The notes beneath the pieces are model-generated. The model did no database searches. It saw only the letters and a list, made by a program, of their open reading frames with translations, and was not told the DNA's origin. 64,000 bases of DNA, from positions 272,298 to 336,297 of the forward strand of contig NIVC01000757.1 in NCBI GenBank assembly GCA_002269645.1. Reading direction: 5' to 3'. The first letter of the stretch is position 1, and each line of letters begins with the position of its first letter. The DNA is from Macrostomum lignano (taxonomy: Eukaryota). Position numbers and translations under genes: made by a program. This document shows positions 11,901-24,141 of this stretch, one piece after another.

Positions 11901-14900
11901 GATTTAGAAGACGATTCGGACAACGAGTTTAAAGCTAAAGTGAATGCTCGGAGCAGCGACATTGATGATGAAGACAGCGACGAAGAAGCTGAAGATGACA
12001 ACGATAATAATAATCCAGATGCTAGTAAAGATGCCGCCAGTAATGCGTCTTCGTCATTAAACAGTGAGAAATCCAAGCTGGGCGAAGAAAAAGAGGACAA
12101 CGATTCAGATAATGAGTCTGACACGACAGAGGAGACGGACGATTCTGAGGACGGCGACATTGATTCCTCATCTACTGGCTCTGCAAAAGATCAGGAGGGC
12201 AATAGCAAAACTACTAGTAGTAAAGGTGGAGATTTGCGCGCATTAATAGACGGCGTTGTTGCTTCGTCAAGCCGAGGCGGCGACGATGCCAATGACGACA
12301 ACGACCGCACCAGCAGCTCAGATGAAGATTGGCTAGAAGGCCGAAAAAAACGGCAGCAGCAGAAGAAGCAACAGAAGGGCCAGGCGTCTGGTAGGAAGAA
12401 CAGCAAGGCTCAGCAGCATGATTCTGACGCGTCTGAGGATGCAATGTTCAGCGAGATTAAGCCGCGCAAAAAGTCCAGTAGAAGAACGGCTAAGACTGAA
12501 AAGACAGTCGATGCAACTCAAAAACATGACAATGCAACTGATACTAAAGAGTCGGCAGCGGCATTGGCGGCCGCTACCGCCGCCGCTATTAAAAAAGTGG
12601 AACGGTTAACCTGCATGGTATGCCTGTCTAATAGATCGGACCCCGAGAATGAACTGGTCGAATGCGACTCTTGTCACGTGACTGTGCACGAGGCCTGCTA
12701 CGGTTTAGCCGATTCGCAGAGCCTCTGCAGTACTGGCAGCTCCGCCAGCACAGAGCCTTGGTTTTGCGACGCTTGCGCCGCTGGAATAGCTTCGCCCAGC
12801 TGTCAGCTTTGCCCCGTTGCTGGCGGCGTATTCAAACCAACCGAGGACGGTCGCTGGGTACATCTGGTATGCGCCCTCTACACGCCAGACGTTGCATTTA
12901 ACGATGTAGACTCGCTGACAGACGTTACCTTGACTGAATTAAAGCCTCGATTCTGGGGCGCCAAAGAGTGCGTCCACTGCTCCGATAGGGTGTACGCCTA
13001 TACTGGCGTTTGCATCGGTTGCGATGCCGGCATGTGTCGCTGCTGTTTTCATGTCACTTGCGCCCAACGCGAAGGCTTGCTAAGCGAGCCGGCAGCTGCG
13101 GCCGCCGCCGCCGAAGACGCAGACGAAATAGCCGATCCATTCTATGCTCAGTGCCGCCAGCATACTGATCCGTTTGTTGCTAAGCAGAGGCGGAAAGCTT
13201 ATAGTACAGCGTTTAGCAGGCAGAGAGCCGCTGTGAAGAATGCGACAGAATTGAAGTCATTGTCAAGCTCTGTTGGCGATAGAATTGCTAGAAAATTGGC
13301 CAAACGTCGATCCATTTGCGCAGATAAATTGGCGGTTAAACGGCCGTACTTTATACCGCAACAAAAGCAGCCGCTCTTTCTAGAATTCTCTCCGCACGCG
13401 GTCAGATTGTTTGCTAAAAAGGCCGAGATTCTAGGCGTTGGCGCTGGGCCGGTTGGTGAGCAAGGCGGCTCACTTCAAGTTACCGGCCAGGAGCGCACAG
13501 CTGCTCAGACCGGTTTGCCAGTGTTCTGTCCGGAGTTTGTGCAGCACTTTTTTGATCGAGAGACTCGGATTGTGTCCATGAATAAGCAGTTGGCTGACCT
13601 GAATGCTCAGGTAACTCAAACTGACACCTGATCTGCTAGTTTACCTGAGGTTTCACTGATACAGTAAATGTAGTGTAACTGAAGTTGCACTGACACCTGA
13701 TACAGTAAATTTAGTTTACCTGAAGTTGCACTGACACCTGATACAGTAAATTTAGTTTACCTGAAGTTGCACTGACACCTTATACAGTAAATTTAGTTTA
13801 CCTGCCGTGGCACTGACACCTTCTACAGTAAATGTAGTTTACATAAACTTGCACTGACACTGATACAGTATGTAGTTTACCTGGTATTTTAATAAATCTA
13901 GTCACCTGAAATTTGATTGACAACCGATAAGTTTAGCTCTAATCAAATCGTTGACTCTCTCACCTGCAGGAGGCGGAGCTCATCGAGCGCCAATCAGCTG
14001 AGACGCTGCGCTATTCCAACGCCGAGACGGCTTATCAAACCTGTCAAAATCGTTTAAAAACTTGTCGTTCCGAATTCGCGGCTGTTTGGGACGCTTTGTT
14101 AGGTTGCTTAGCAACCGGCTCGGCTATGCCGCTAAGATTGAGCAACGCGTTAGAAGGCGTGTCGGCGTCAGCTGGCGACGCTGGCACTAACGTCGATCAT
14201 CCGATTGGCGAGGGCGATGGAGATTCGTCGACGATAACAGCGGCTGCGAATGCTGGAGGGGCGCCAGTTAAAGTTGGCGATTTGGCTGCCAAAGCGGCGG
14301 CTTTGAGGCGCCTGAACGAGTGCACAGTTTGCAAAGCTAAAAAGGATCAGCACTTGATGGTGGGTTGGTTTCTGCGAAAACGGGATGGGAGATTTTGCGA
14401 GAGATTTTGGATTACAGTAATGATTGACATCTGGACTACTAAATTTGCGCACTACTTTTGTTGCTAAACTGTGGCCAGTAGTATCAACCAAGAGCAGTTA
14501 CGAATTCTAACACATCCATCGAGTCTCTATGCTCAAATGGGTCAATCAAAGATGAGTCGGTTTCTTTAGAAAGTCACAAGACTTGGAGTCGGTTTCTATA
14601 GAAAGTCACAAGACTTGAGTCGGTTTCTATAGAAAGTCACAAGACTTGAGTCGGTTTCTATAGAAAGTCACAAGACTTAAGTCGGTTTCTATAGAAGTCA
14701 TAAGACTTGGAGTCGGTTTCTATAGAAAGTCACAAGACTTGAGTCGGTTTCTATAGAAAGTCACAAGACTTGAGTCGGTTTCTATAGAAATTCACATGAC
14801 TTGAGTCGGTTTCTATAGAAAGTCACAAGACTTGAGTCGGTTTCTATAGAAATTCACAAGACTTAAAGTCGGTTTCTATAGAAGTCACAAGACTTAAAGT

Positions 14901-17900
14901 CGGTTTCTATAGAAAGTCACAAGACTTGAGTCGGTTTCTATAGAAAGTCACAAGACTTGAGTCGGTTTCTATAGAAAGTCACAAGACTTGAGTCGGTTTC
15001 TATAGAAAGTCACAAGACTTGAGTCGGTTTCTATAGAAAGTCACAAGACTTGAGTCGGTTTCTATATAAAGTCACAAGACTTGAGTCGGTTTCTATAGAA
15101 GTCATAAGACTTGGAGTCGGTTTCTATAGAAAGTCACAAGACTTGAGTCGGTTTCTATAGAAAGTCACAAGACTTGAGTCGGTTTCTATAGAAATTCACA
15201 AGACTTGAGTCGGTTTCTATAGAAAGTCACAAGACTTGAGTCGGTTTCTATAGAAAGTCACAAGACTTGAGTCGGTTTCTATAGAAGTCACACGACTTGG
15301 ATCAGTTTCTATAGAAAGTCACAAGACTTAAAGTCGGTTTCTATAGAAGTCACAAGACTTAAAGTCGGTTTCTATAGAAGTCACAAGACTTGAGTCGGTT
15401 TCTATAGAAAGTCACAAGACTTGAGTCGGTTTCTATAGAAAGTCACAAGACTTGAGTCAGTTTCTATAGAAGTCACAAGACTTAAAGTCGGTTTCTATAG
15501 AAAGTCACAAGACTTAAAGTCGGTTTCTATAGAAAGTCACAAGACTTAAAGTCGGTTTCTATAGAAGTCACAAGACTTGGAGTCGGTTTCTATAGAAGTC
15601 ACAAGACTTAAAGTCGGTTTCTATAGAAAGTCACAAGACTTGAGTCAGTTTCTATAGAAGTCACAAGACTTAAAGTCGGTTTCTATAGAAAGTCACAAGA
15701 CTTAAAGTCGGTTTCTATAGAAAGTCACAAGACTTGGAGTCGGTTTCTATAGAAAGTCACAAGACTTGAGTCGGTTTCTATAGAAAGTCACAAGACTTGA
15801 ACCTTAAAACGTCAGATAAACAGAGTTTTGTTGCGATTCGGCATTCTGTGTAAATTCTGTGCTCGGGACTAGAGTTGACATCAATATAAGCATCGGGATT
15901 AACTTTAGAATCCATATGTAGATATATATATATTAGTATAGAGTACTCACATAAACTAATTCCCTCAGGTGCAATGCGACGCCTGTCAGCTTTATTATCA
16001 CATCGGCTGCTTGGATCCGCCTCTGACCCGAGTGCCGAAGAAGACTAAACTCTACGGCTGGGAGTGCAGTGTGTGCGTTAAAGACAACACTTCGGATGAA
16101 GCGGCAGAGGAGGCTGAAGCTGGTCTTGCCGAGCAGCAACCGGACGAAGCGTTGCCAACTCGAAGACTGAGACAAAAACCCGCGAAACTTATCGCCGAAG
16201 AGTCGGTAGATTCGACCAGCGCTGCTGTCAGAACAGGCGGACGGACTAATAATAATCGAAAGAAGTCGCAGCAGCAAAAGCAGCAAGAGAAACTGCGGAA
16301 GATAGAACCTCAAGCGGAGCAATTGACAGTTAAAAAATTGGAATCTTCCGCAGCAGATTTGCAGCAACAGCCAGAGCTGCAAACTGTTGCATCAGCGCCG
16401 AGTTCAATAATTGGTTCGAATGCTAATGCAACTGCTATCACTGCTGTGGCAACGCTCGCAACAAAGACTGAACCAGTCGCGGTTGTAACAAAGAGTAGAA
16501 CAACTGCTGCTAGTAATAAGAAACGAGGCGGAAACGATTCTACAGCCTCAGTCTCAGCCGAGGAGGGCATCAATTCCGTTGAAGTATTCGACGAAGGTCC
16601 CTTAGAAATTGAATATTTAAAATCCGATACAACAGTCAGCTCAGATGACGAAGCCGACGAGTGCACCGACGATGAGGCTGGCGACGTTGGTGTCGAGGTT
16701 ATAGACGAGTTCAGATTGGAGCCTGAGCAGCAGGACCGGGTTGAAGAGCTGGCGAAGCCTCCGTCGCCTTCCCCGCAGCCTCGCAAGGTATTGTTTAAAA
16801 GCGGCAACACAGTGCCCTGTTACCTCATGCACACTCTGACGCCCGAGGAGCGGCGTCGAGTTGAAGCCGAGTCCGCCGCCTTGAGAGCCGCCCGAGCTGC
16901 TGAATTGCAACAACAACAGCAGATAGAACCGCCTTCTCCTTCAGCTTTGAATCCTTCGTCTGTACAGCCAACTAAAATTTTTTTTGAACAGAAGACTAAC
17001 ACAGTTCAGCTGTCGAAACAACAGCAACAGCAGCCTCAATCTCAGTCTTCTGGCACCGTAACTTCTTCGCCTTCAGTAGTCATTGTCAGACTGCCGCAGT
17101 CTAATAATACCAAAACATCGACGTCTTCAGCCACTACAAAAGTGCAGTTGCCTGCTCGGATATCGCAGTTTAAATTCACCAGTTCTTCGGGCAACAGTAC
17201 CACCGCTGTGCGCTCCGTGACGACCACCAGCTGCTCAGTTAGAGCACCAAAAATTGCTTCAGTTTCCGTTGTCTCGCTATCGTCGACTGCTGCTCAAGTC
17301 ACGACAACTGATTCAACAGCCAAATCAGCTACTGTTAGTAGTGTTGAAGAACAACCAGAGACGAAACGGAGTAGAATAGAAGAAGTACCCGATTCTGGAC
17401 GAAGCTCCGAGGTGATTTCTGTTCCTGATGAGGCTTTAGGATCTGTTGCTAAGGCTGTTGTAGCGTCAGGTTCTAAGGAACCTGTAACATCCGTTGCTAA
17501 GGGCGCTGTAGCGTCGGTTTCTAAGGAACATGTAACATCCGTTGCTAAGGGCGCTGTAGCGTCGGTTTCTAAGGAACCTGTAACATCCGTTGCTAAGGGC
17601 GCTGTAGCGCCGGTTACTAAGGAACCTGTAACATCCGTTGCTCAGGACGCTTTAGCATCAGTTTCCAAAGAAACTGTAATATCCGTTACTAAGGACGCTT
17701 TGAAATCAGTTTCTAAGGACACTGCAGCACCAGTTTCTAAGGTAGCCGCTACATCGGCTGTTAACGATGCCGCTGTAAAAACTGTTACTAAAGTAACTGT
17801 TTCATCCGTTTCTAAACACGCTAAAGAGTCAGGGTCGAAGACTAAGGTCTCTTGGGCAACTGTTTCTCAAAAATCATCGCCATCATTAGCTACCGTATCC

Positions 17901-19086
17901 AAGGACGCCGATGAGGAGCGCCGCCGACGTAAACGCGAGAAGCGGCAACGTTTAGAAGAGAAAGAAGCCGCGACGGAGGCGGCGGAGAGAGCTGAACGAG
18001 AGCGTAGACGATTGCGCAAACTTGAGAAGCTTAAAAAGCGCCAAGCCGAGATGATGACTTCTCAAGAGTCTAAGCCGCCACCGACACTACAGCAGCAGCA
18101 GCAGCAACCTCATGCTAGGTACTTTGATAAAATCCTTCATGTTCCAGTTGTCTATGGTCAAAGTAAATTAATGTTATACGGTTGTTTTTAGTATGATTTA
18201 TGCATGTATTCAATTTCAATGCATTTTCATTTGCAGGCATCAGCATAGCCCGAACCCGCAATCGCGCAGTCACCAGCACCCTCCAACGGCGTCAGATCAA
18301 CGCAAACGTCATCGAAGCCGCAGTCCCACGTCTGTTGAACATCAGCAGCATCTACCATCGCCCTTCAGCAAGAAGTCTCGGCCTTCCATGCCGCCGCCGC
18401 TGCCGCCGCGCGACCTTGCCCAGCGCCAGCAGTGGCAAGAGATGAAGGCTCGGATCGAACAGGAGCGCGCTAAATCCAGACAGCAGCAGCAGCAAGGTTC
18501 TACTAATAGCAACAATTCAGCAATGACAACGTTGGGACCAGCAAAACATAGCCAAGTGACCGTTGCCAAGCAGGTTGCCAGGCGAACGCCTGTACAGCCA
18601 ACGGCGTCGGGCGGTCCTCGGGAGGACGACATTCTCCAATTCATGCTGCATCGTCCGAAGAAGCTGCCGCAGCAGCTGGCTTCTCGATCTGGCGGTGCCT
18701 CGCTGCCTGTCGCCGCGTCTCCTCAGAAACCGCGCGGATTCTCGCAGCTTGTCAGCGGCCGAGCGGCGGCAGCGGCAGCGGCGGCATCTTCGAATTCGAG
18801 TTCGGGCGCCTCTAAGGCCGCGAAAGCTTCGGCGCCGTCGTACTTGCCGCCGCCAGTGAAAGTTGCCACGGCATCCGTGATGCACAGGACCCAGCAGCAG
18901 CAGCAGCAGCTTCTTAATAAAACAACTGCCGCTGCCGAGGCGGCCTCGAGCTCGTCTTCTTCGTCAACATCTTCGTCGGCTTCCTCTGATGAAGATGAAA
19001 GCGGCAAGGTGGTGACCGCCGCGAAGGAGCAGCTGCAGGATCGCAAGTACAACCACTTGGTGAAGGATATCTTCGGAGACGACTGA
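8974..19086 (+). CDS. PHF14: PHD finger protein 14 orthologue (PZP module plus a third PHD finger plus a long low-complexity C-terminal tail), 1736 aa
   Basis: Exons 8974-9019, 11836-13610, 13970-14359, 15969-18118 and 18237-19086 are phase-compatible (5211 nt). N-terminal QRAPGKRQIK followed by an acidic tract; PHD1 (CMVC..CDSC..HEACYG..WFCDAC), Zn-knuckle (CQLCP..GGVFKPT..GRWVHLVCALY), ePHD (GVCIGCDAGMC..FHVTCAQREGLL); PHD3 split by intron 3 (CTVC..|VQCDAC..YHIGCLDPPL..WECSVC). Exon 1 is less certain than the rest. Confidence 0.88.
14553..15800. repeat. 31-bp intronic minisatellite (GAGTCGGTTTCTATAGAAAGTCACAAGACTT), about 40 copies
   Basis: Head-to-tail copies with 1-2 nt indels and no spacers; fills PHF14 intron 3. 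Confidence 0.97.
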
Positions 19087-19961
19087 AAAATTTCATAGAT
19101 GCGTTGTTTTTTCCTTCCTCTTTGCATTGCTTTGTCGTGTTGGTTTTGCGTTCTGTTTGACTCTTCTATAATGCGCGAACAAAACTGCATGCTTGAACTC
19201 CTGTGTTCATCCAATATTTGTTTATTTCTAATTATAAATTGCACATGTTTTCTAAATTATTTTGTTAATGGTCATCGTTTCTTTGTTTTTGTGCTAAATA
19301 CCAAACTTCAGGCCCAGTAGTGAATGTGAAAATGTTGGCGCTTGTTCGCTTGCTTTTGTAATTTGTTTCACTAATATAATTGAAAATCTAATGTTTGCGC
19401 AAACAAGAGTTACAGTGCTTTGTATTTTGTTCTACAAATGTTCTTACTCTATAGAAAAGTGAAGTTCGCACTTCAGACTATATCTTGCCTTCAAATTATT
19501 TTACTGTTTAAATACAGAATAATCGATCACTGAAGTACTATCTGCAAACAGGGGTCTTGTTGGCTACACAGAATTATTTAGTTATTGGTTGCGGGCCTTG
19601 AAATCGGAATGCAAGGTTGAGCCATCTTAGTTTTCCTGCTCCTGTCGTTACTGTCTGTCAAGCTTGCCATGGACTGTCTGTAAAGTGAGGCATTCTTATT
19701 CATGACTGACAGGCCATTCAGGAACACTTCTCTCGTGAATTTTCTTCTTAGATATCTCTCTCTTTGAAGTGTCAGAATATTTGATAGAGTAGCACTGGAA
19801 ATACGTCATTGAAGAATATGACGGTTGTCATGCCTCCTTGAATCTTTAACAGGCTCTGTCGCACTGCATTTTTTCTTTGAATTGCGGATGCAGGATATTC
19901 TTGATAAATACAGGTGCTTATATCATGAAAACGGTTGGCAAAAAATTTCAATAGAATAGCC

Positions 19962-21310
19962 ATGTTTCGACGCTTTAGCCAACAAAGTAACTTCTACCTT
20001 GTATGTCTACTGTTACTTAAAACATGTGCCACATCGATAACCCACAATCCTAATAAACGTTGGTACATCCTGGAAAGTCCAAAAAGTCCCACTGCGCCAA
20101 ACAGCTTCCATTCGGAATTAGTCACCGACCAAGACTGGAGCGCCCAGGTGCTGATCTGCAGCTTAGTTTGCGACTCGAAGCGGAATTCCTGCTTCGGATT
20201 CTATTGGTTGAGCGGTCGATGCTATCTATTTGATGTCGGCGCCTATGCGATGCGGCAAGACTGGCGGAACCTGGCTTTGATCAGCGACGTGTATACGAAA
20301 GCTTTTGGTAATTTTGGTTATAAAATTGTAATATTGTATGGAGGTTAATCACCTTAACGTTCCCTGAGAAATGCATTTAGCGTGATTGTCAGAGGACAAA
20401 CTTTGGATTTACCAAAATAAGCTTATCATTTTAAAAACCTCTGAAGTGGCTCATGCACTGTCGTCAGAACGTGGACTCTTCTCCAAAGACTTAGAGCAGC
20501 GTTAATGCTGAAGCACTTTATTGTTTTCTATATTGCCTTAAGGCTCAAACATGCTTTTAGGAAACAAACAAGAGAGCGGTGCTCTAAAATATACGAATGC
20601 CTGTAGAGAGATAGGACATAGACAAAAAGCGAAACTTGAAGGGAACGAGAGAGTCAGTAAGAGAATTAATAGTAGTACATCAATGCGCGCGTTGATAGGA
20701 GGCATTCTCTCAATGCACAACAACCTCCGTTAAAGTTAATTGTTCGAAAGAGCTGTTCGTTTATTTGTTGTTGCGAATTTGGAAGCGATAGAGTCCTATA
20801 CTCAATTAAAACATTTAAGTCATTTGAAGCTGTTTATAAACATTAAACATTGGTCACTGATACACCATACGCATCTATAAACTGAATTCAACAGGTCTGA
20901 TCAAGCTGCCTCTATCCAGCTGCAGTCAGAGCTCCACAAGCCATGACGGACATTGCCAGAGAGCTATTGATGGCAGCTATAATAATCAGTACTTCGCTGG
21001 TAGATCCTGCACCCATACGAACGGGGGATCAGTAGGCCAGTGGTGGGAAGCTCAGCTGCCGTCATCGCATTCCATTGTTACCTTTGTCACCATCTACAAC
21101 AGGCAGGATTGCTGCTCTAAGCGTCTCAACCAGTTCTCACTGCAGGTGGACGGCGTTGAGTGCCACAGGGTGAACCTTACTACGCCATTCTCTGCGGCCA
21201 ATTTCACCTGCATGACATCCGGTGGTAGAGCAGTGCGACTCTACAACTATCAGACTGGGCCGCTCACAATCTGCGAGTTTGAAGCCTACAGAATCGTGGT
21301 CTACAGCTAG
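19962..21310 (+). CDS. Secreted PAN/apple-like plus F-type lectin (fucolectin, FTP/F5-8C fold) protein A, 253 aa
   Basis: Exons 19962-20307 and 20895-21310 (phase-1 intron). Exon 1: signal peptide then CSLVC..CFGFYW..RCYLF (PAN-like). Exon 2, absent from the ORF track: CSQSST..CQRAIDG..SCTHT..QWWEAQL..IYNRQDCCSKRL..LTICEFEAY (F-type lectin H..RxDxxxxR motif). Confidence 0.85.
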
Positions 21311-21593
21311 TATAGATTTTAACTAAATTTACACAGTGGCCTAACAACTAATAGATATCTAACCAAGAGACAAATTAACACTTTGCGCTCCAAAAAAGGG
21401 GCTATTTCATCTGTGTTAGCATGAGACCGTTCAGATCGAGTGGCTTTTTGCGGTCTGCATGGCTACAAACTGAAATATGATCCCTAAATTTTCACTGCTC
21501 TCACACGAGGACAGATTGAGAATTAAACAGATAAAACATTGATATAAGAAATTTTCGGGACATTATTTGCGTTCTCTGGGATTTTATTTTATT

Positions 21594-21634
<41 letters not shown>
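21594..21634. repeat. (AG)n microsatellite
   Basis: Seen directly. Confidence 0.95.
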
Positions 21635-21638
<4 letters not shown>

Positions 21639-23599
21639 TGTTGCTGGCATTTTTAGAAACTTGCTGAAGGTTGTCGGGGTCAAAAAAGCTATCAATTTTC
21701 AATGCTTTCATTAAATTCAGGCAACATTATAGAATCACGAATACAAGTTGAGCATTCAATATAAATGAAGACACGCCAAGGACCACATTCAACGCAAGCT
21801 TCGACGATTGTGACCAAAACGGATATGCATGGGGAGAGGATTGACTTTAAGACATCGAGCAGTTGGATTCAGACTTTAAAATCAGAACCATTTGACAAAA
21901 AAATGTGTATTTTGTAAGGCAGAAAGCGAACAATTGTGATAAAGTGGACTTATTTTTGCTTCTTGTGATGCATAAATTTTGTGATACAACTGCAACTGTG
22001 ACTAAACTGTCAAGAATACATGTGTGCTCTAGCAGATGTTTTCACGGCCATCATGCAAACCATGACGACACCCACGCGCCTGTGCAAGGAAAGTATATGG
22101 TAAAAGCTCACAACAAGTTCTCCTACTCATCCGGGACTTAGACACATGTGGATTCGAGACAACTAATATTGAGTCTTGACTGCAGTACAATTGCGAGGAA
22201 GTCAGTTAGCAGCATTTGTGTACCTCACATTATACCATGCATGTACAGACGAGACTCGCGGGAGCTTCATCACAGAATACGAGCGTACGGCTGCGCGGAA
22301 AAGGCAGTGCGGATGAATTTGCTCACATGGCGACGCCCGGCCCGTATATAGTAAAGATAAAGCAATGCAAAAAACTCTGAAGTCGCTTAGCTTGCTACAT
22401 ATATGTAGCTATTGACCTTTTAAATGGCAACTCCCATAAGCAACTGCATTTCAGCAACTCCCCCCATTAACCCCCAAAAAGTCTCCCCATGGGCCGTAGC
22501 ATTTTAGCAGGACGTACTGTCTCATTTTGTTTCTGTGTATGCCTTAAAAACAGTCAATCCAAGTCATATGTTTGTGCTGTAATTATGCAGCTGTTTTTAT
22601 AATAATTTCATGAGGTTGACAAAGCAAAATAAGACAATTAAAGATTAACCCCAACAAGTAACTTTTTCACGCACTCACGCAGACTGCGCTAGATTACGAG
22701 CGTAATAGTCTTTTGGCCATAGACATCTACCGCAGGCTGGCTGACGTCATTCATGTAGCTGAATCATTTAAAGCATCGGACGTGTGGGTTTCAACCAAAG
22801 AGTGTAGTATTGTAGGTCGCCATGATACGAGCGCGTGAGTTCGAATAAAAAAATTTAAGCACATTATATTTTCTCCGCCTACCCCTCTCCGATCACCACG
22901 ATTGCAGTAAGAAATGAGGAAAATATGAGATGCAGAAATGAGACTCAAAAATACGCATCTATATTTGAAATTTCCAGCAGATCTTAACATCACCCGTATA
23001 ATCGCCACTCTCAAACAATCGATTTCTTTAAAAAAAGAGCCGAACGAAAAAAAACGATTTTTAGACCGAATGTAGCATCCTTCCGCTTCAATTGTCAACT
23101 GTTTTAACGCCGCGTTGTCTATATCTACAATGAAATAATCTGTCAATCTACACTATAGCATTGTTGAATATCTCGAGGACAGCTTTTTGTATAAGAAATA
23201 AACGGACAAGCCACCAGTCCTGTTCCACACAGACGCGTTATATCCGTTGTGGAAAAAACTTGACAAAAGAGTCGATTTGGTTGTGGGCGTGTTTTTTCGA
23301 TAGCTACTCTATTTCAAGCCCAGTCCATGAAGGACTGAAGGTAAAAATATGTGGAGTCACATGACTGCAGGGCATTGTTAGTACGTTTTTTTATATACGT
23401 TCCTCCAGGCTTTAGCAAATAGATTTCTATTGAAAACAAATATAGCTTTTTTGCCAAACGTCACTGCAGGTGAAAGCCCGCGTTTCTGTAGATGAGGTAA
23501 AGGCTCAATATACTCAAGACTGGCTTGGGAGGGAGATCCGGTGATGCCAGTGCATCGGCAGCACGTTCCCATTTTGGAGAGTCCAGGAGGTGGATGGTC

Positions 23600-23970
23600 G
23601 CTCGCCCGCGGTGGTCCTAAAGGTAGCGGACGAGCTGGCAGAGATTCTCGGGTCTGAAAACGTCGGAAAGATCCGGTTTTGGGTCGAGGTAGATGTAGGT
23701 GAGCCTGTCCTGAGTAAAGACAGGGCATTCACAGATACAGATAAAATTTGCTCCGCATTCTCAACTCCGGAGAGGCAGGGCATTTGATTCTTGCTACGGA
23801 GTTTTCCCTTGGAGGTAACGATGCCTGGCAAAACAGCCATGACGTCGACCAGAGAGGGCCGGTTGAGTCCAAGCATGGCCATGCAGAGCGCGGGGAAGAG
23901 GGACAGGGGACGGCCGCGCGGGATTGCAGGCAGTCGGGGGCGTTAGCCCACCTCTCCCAGTGATGCTAAC
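23600..23970 (-). mobile_element. Degenerate 3' fragment of a non-LTR retrotransposon ORF2 (post-RNase H, CCHC-knuckle region; I/Loa/R1-like group)
   Basis: Frameshifted translation HWERWANAPRL..MLGLNRPSL..PGIV..PCLSGVENAEQIL / ICECPVFTQDRLTY..PDLSDVF..ENLCQLVRYL* resembles the W..LL.LSR..TGH..C..C..E..EH.L.EC C-terminus of these LINEs. Confidence 0.55.
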
Positions 23971-24141
23971 CCACTGCTCCGAGTTGTGACAACGGCGGCG
24001 GGGTGAAGGCCACGGGCAGTAGACGAATAAAAGGACCCATGCAGTTTGTTGGCGGGATCAATTCATGCAGCAGTACACGCTGGAACAAAAGCGATCTACC
24101 TCTGCCATATTATTCAGATATTCAGATAGCAGGCAACAAGC

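Noticed and set aside
14553-15800. CRISPR-like array (31-bp palindromic repeats)
   Set aside because: Units are head-to-tail with no unique spacers, there are no cas genes, and it lies in a spliceosomal intron.
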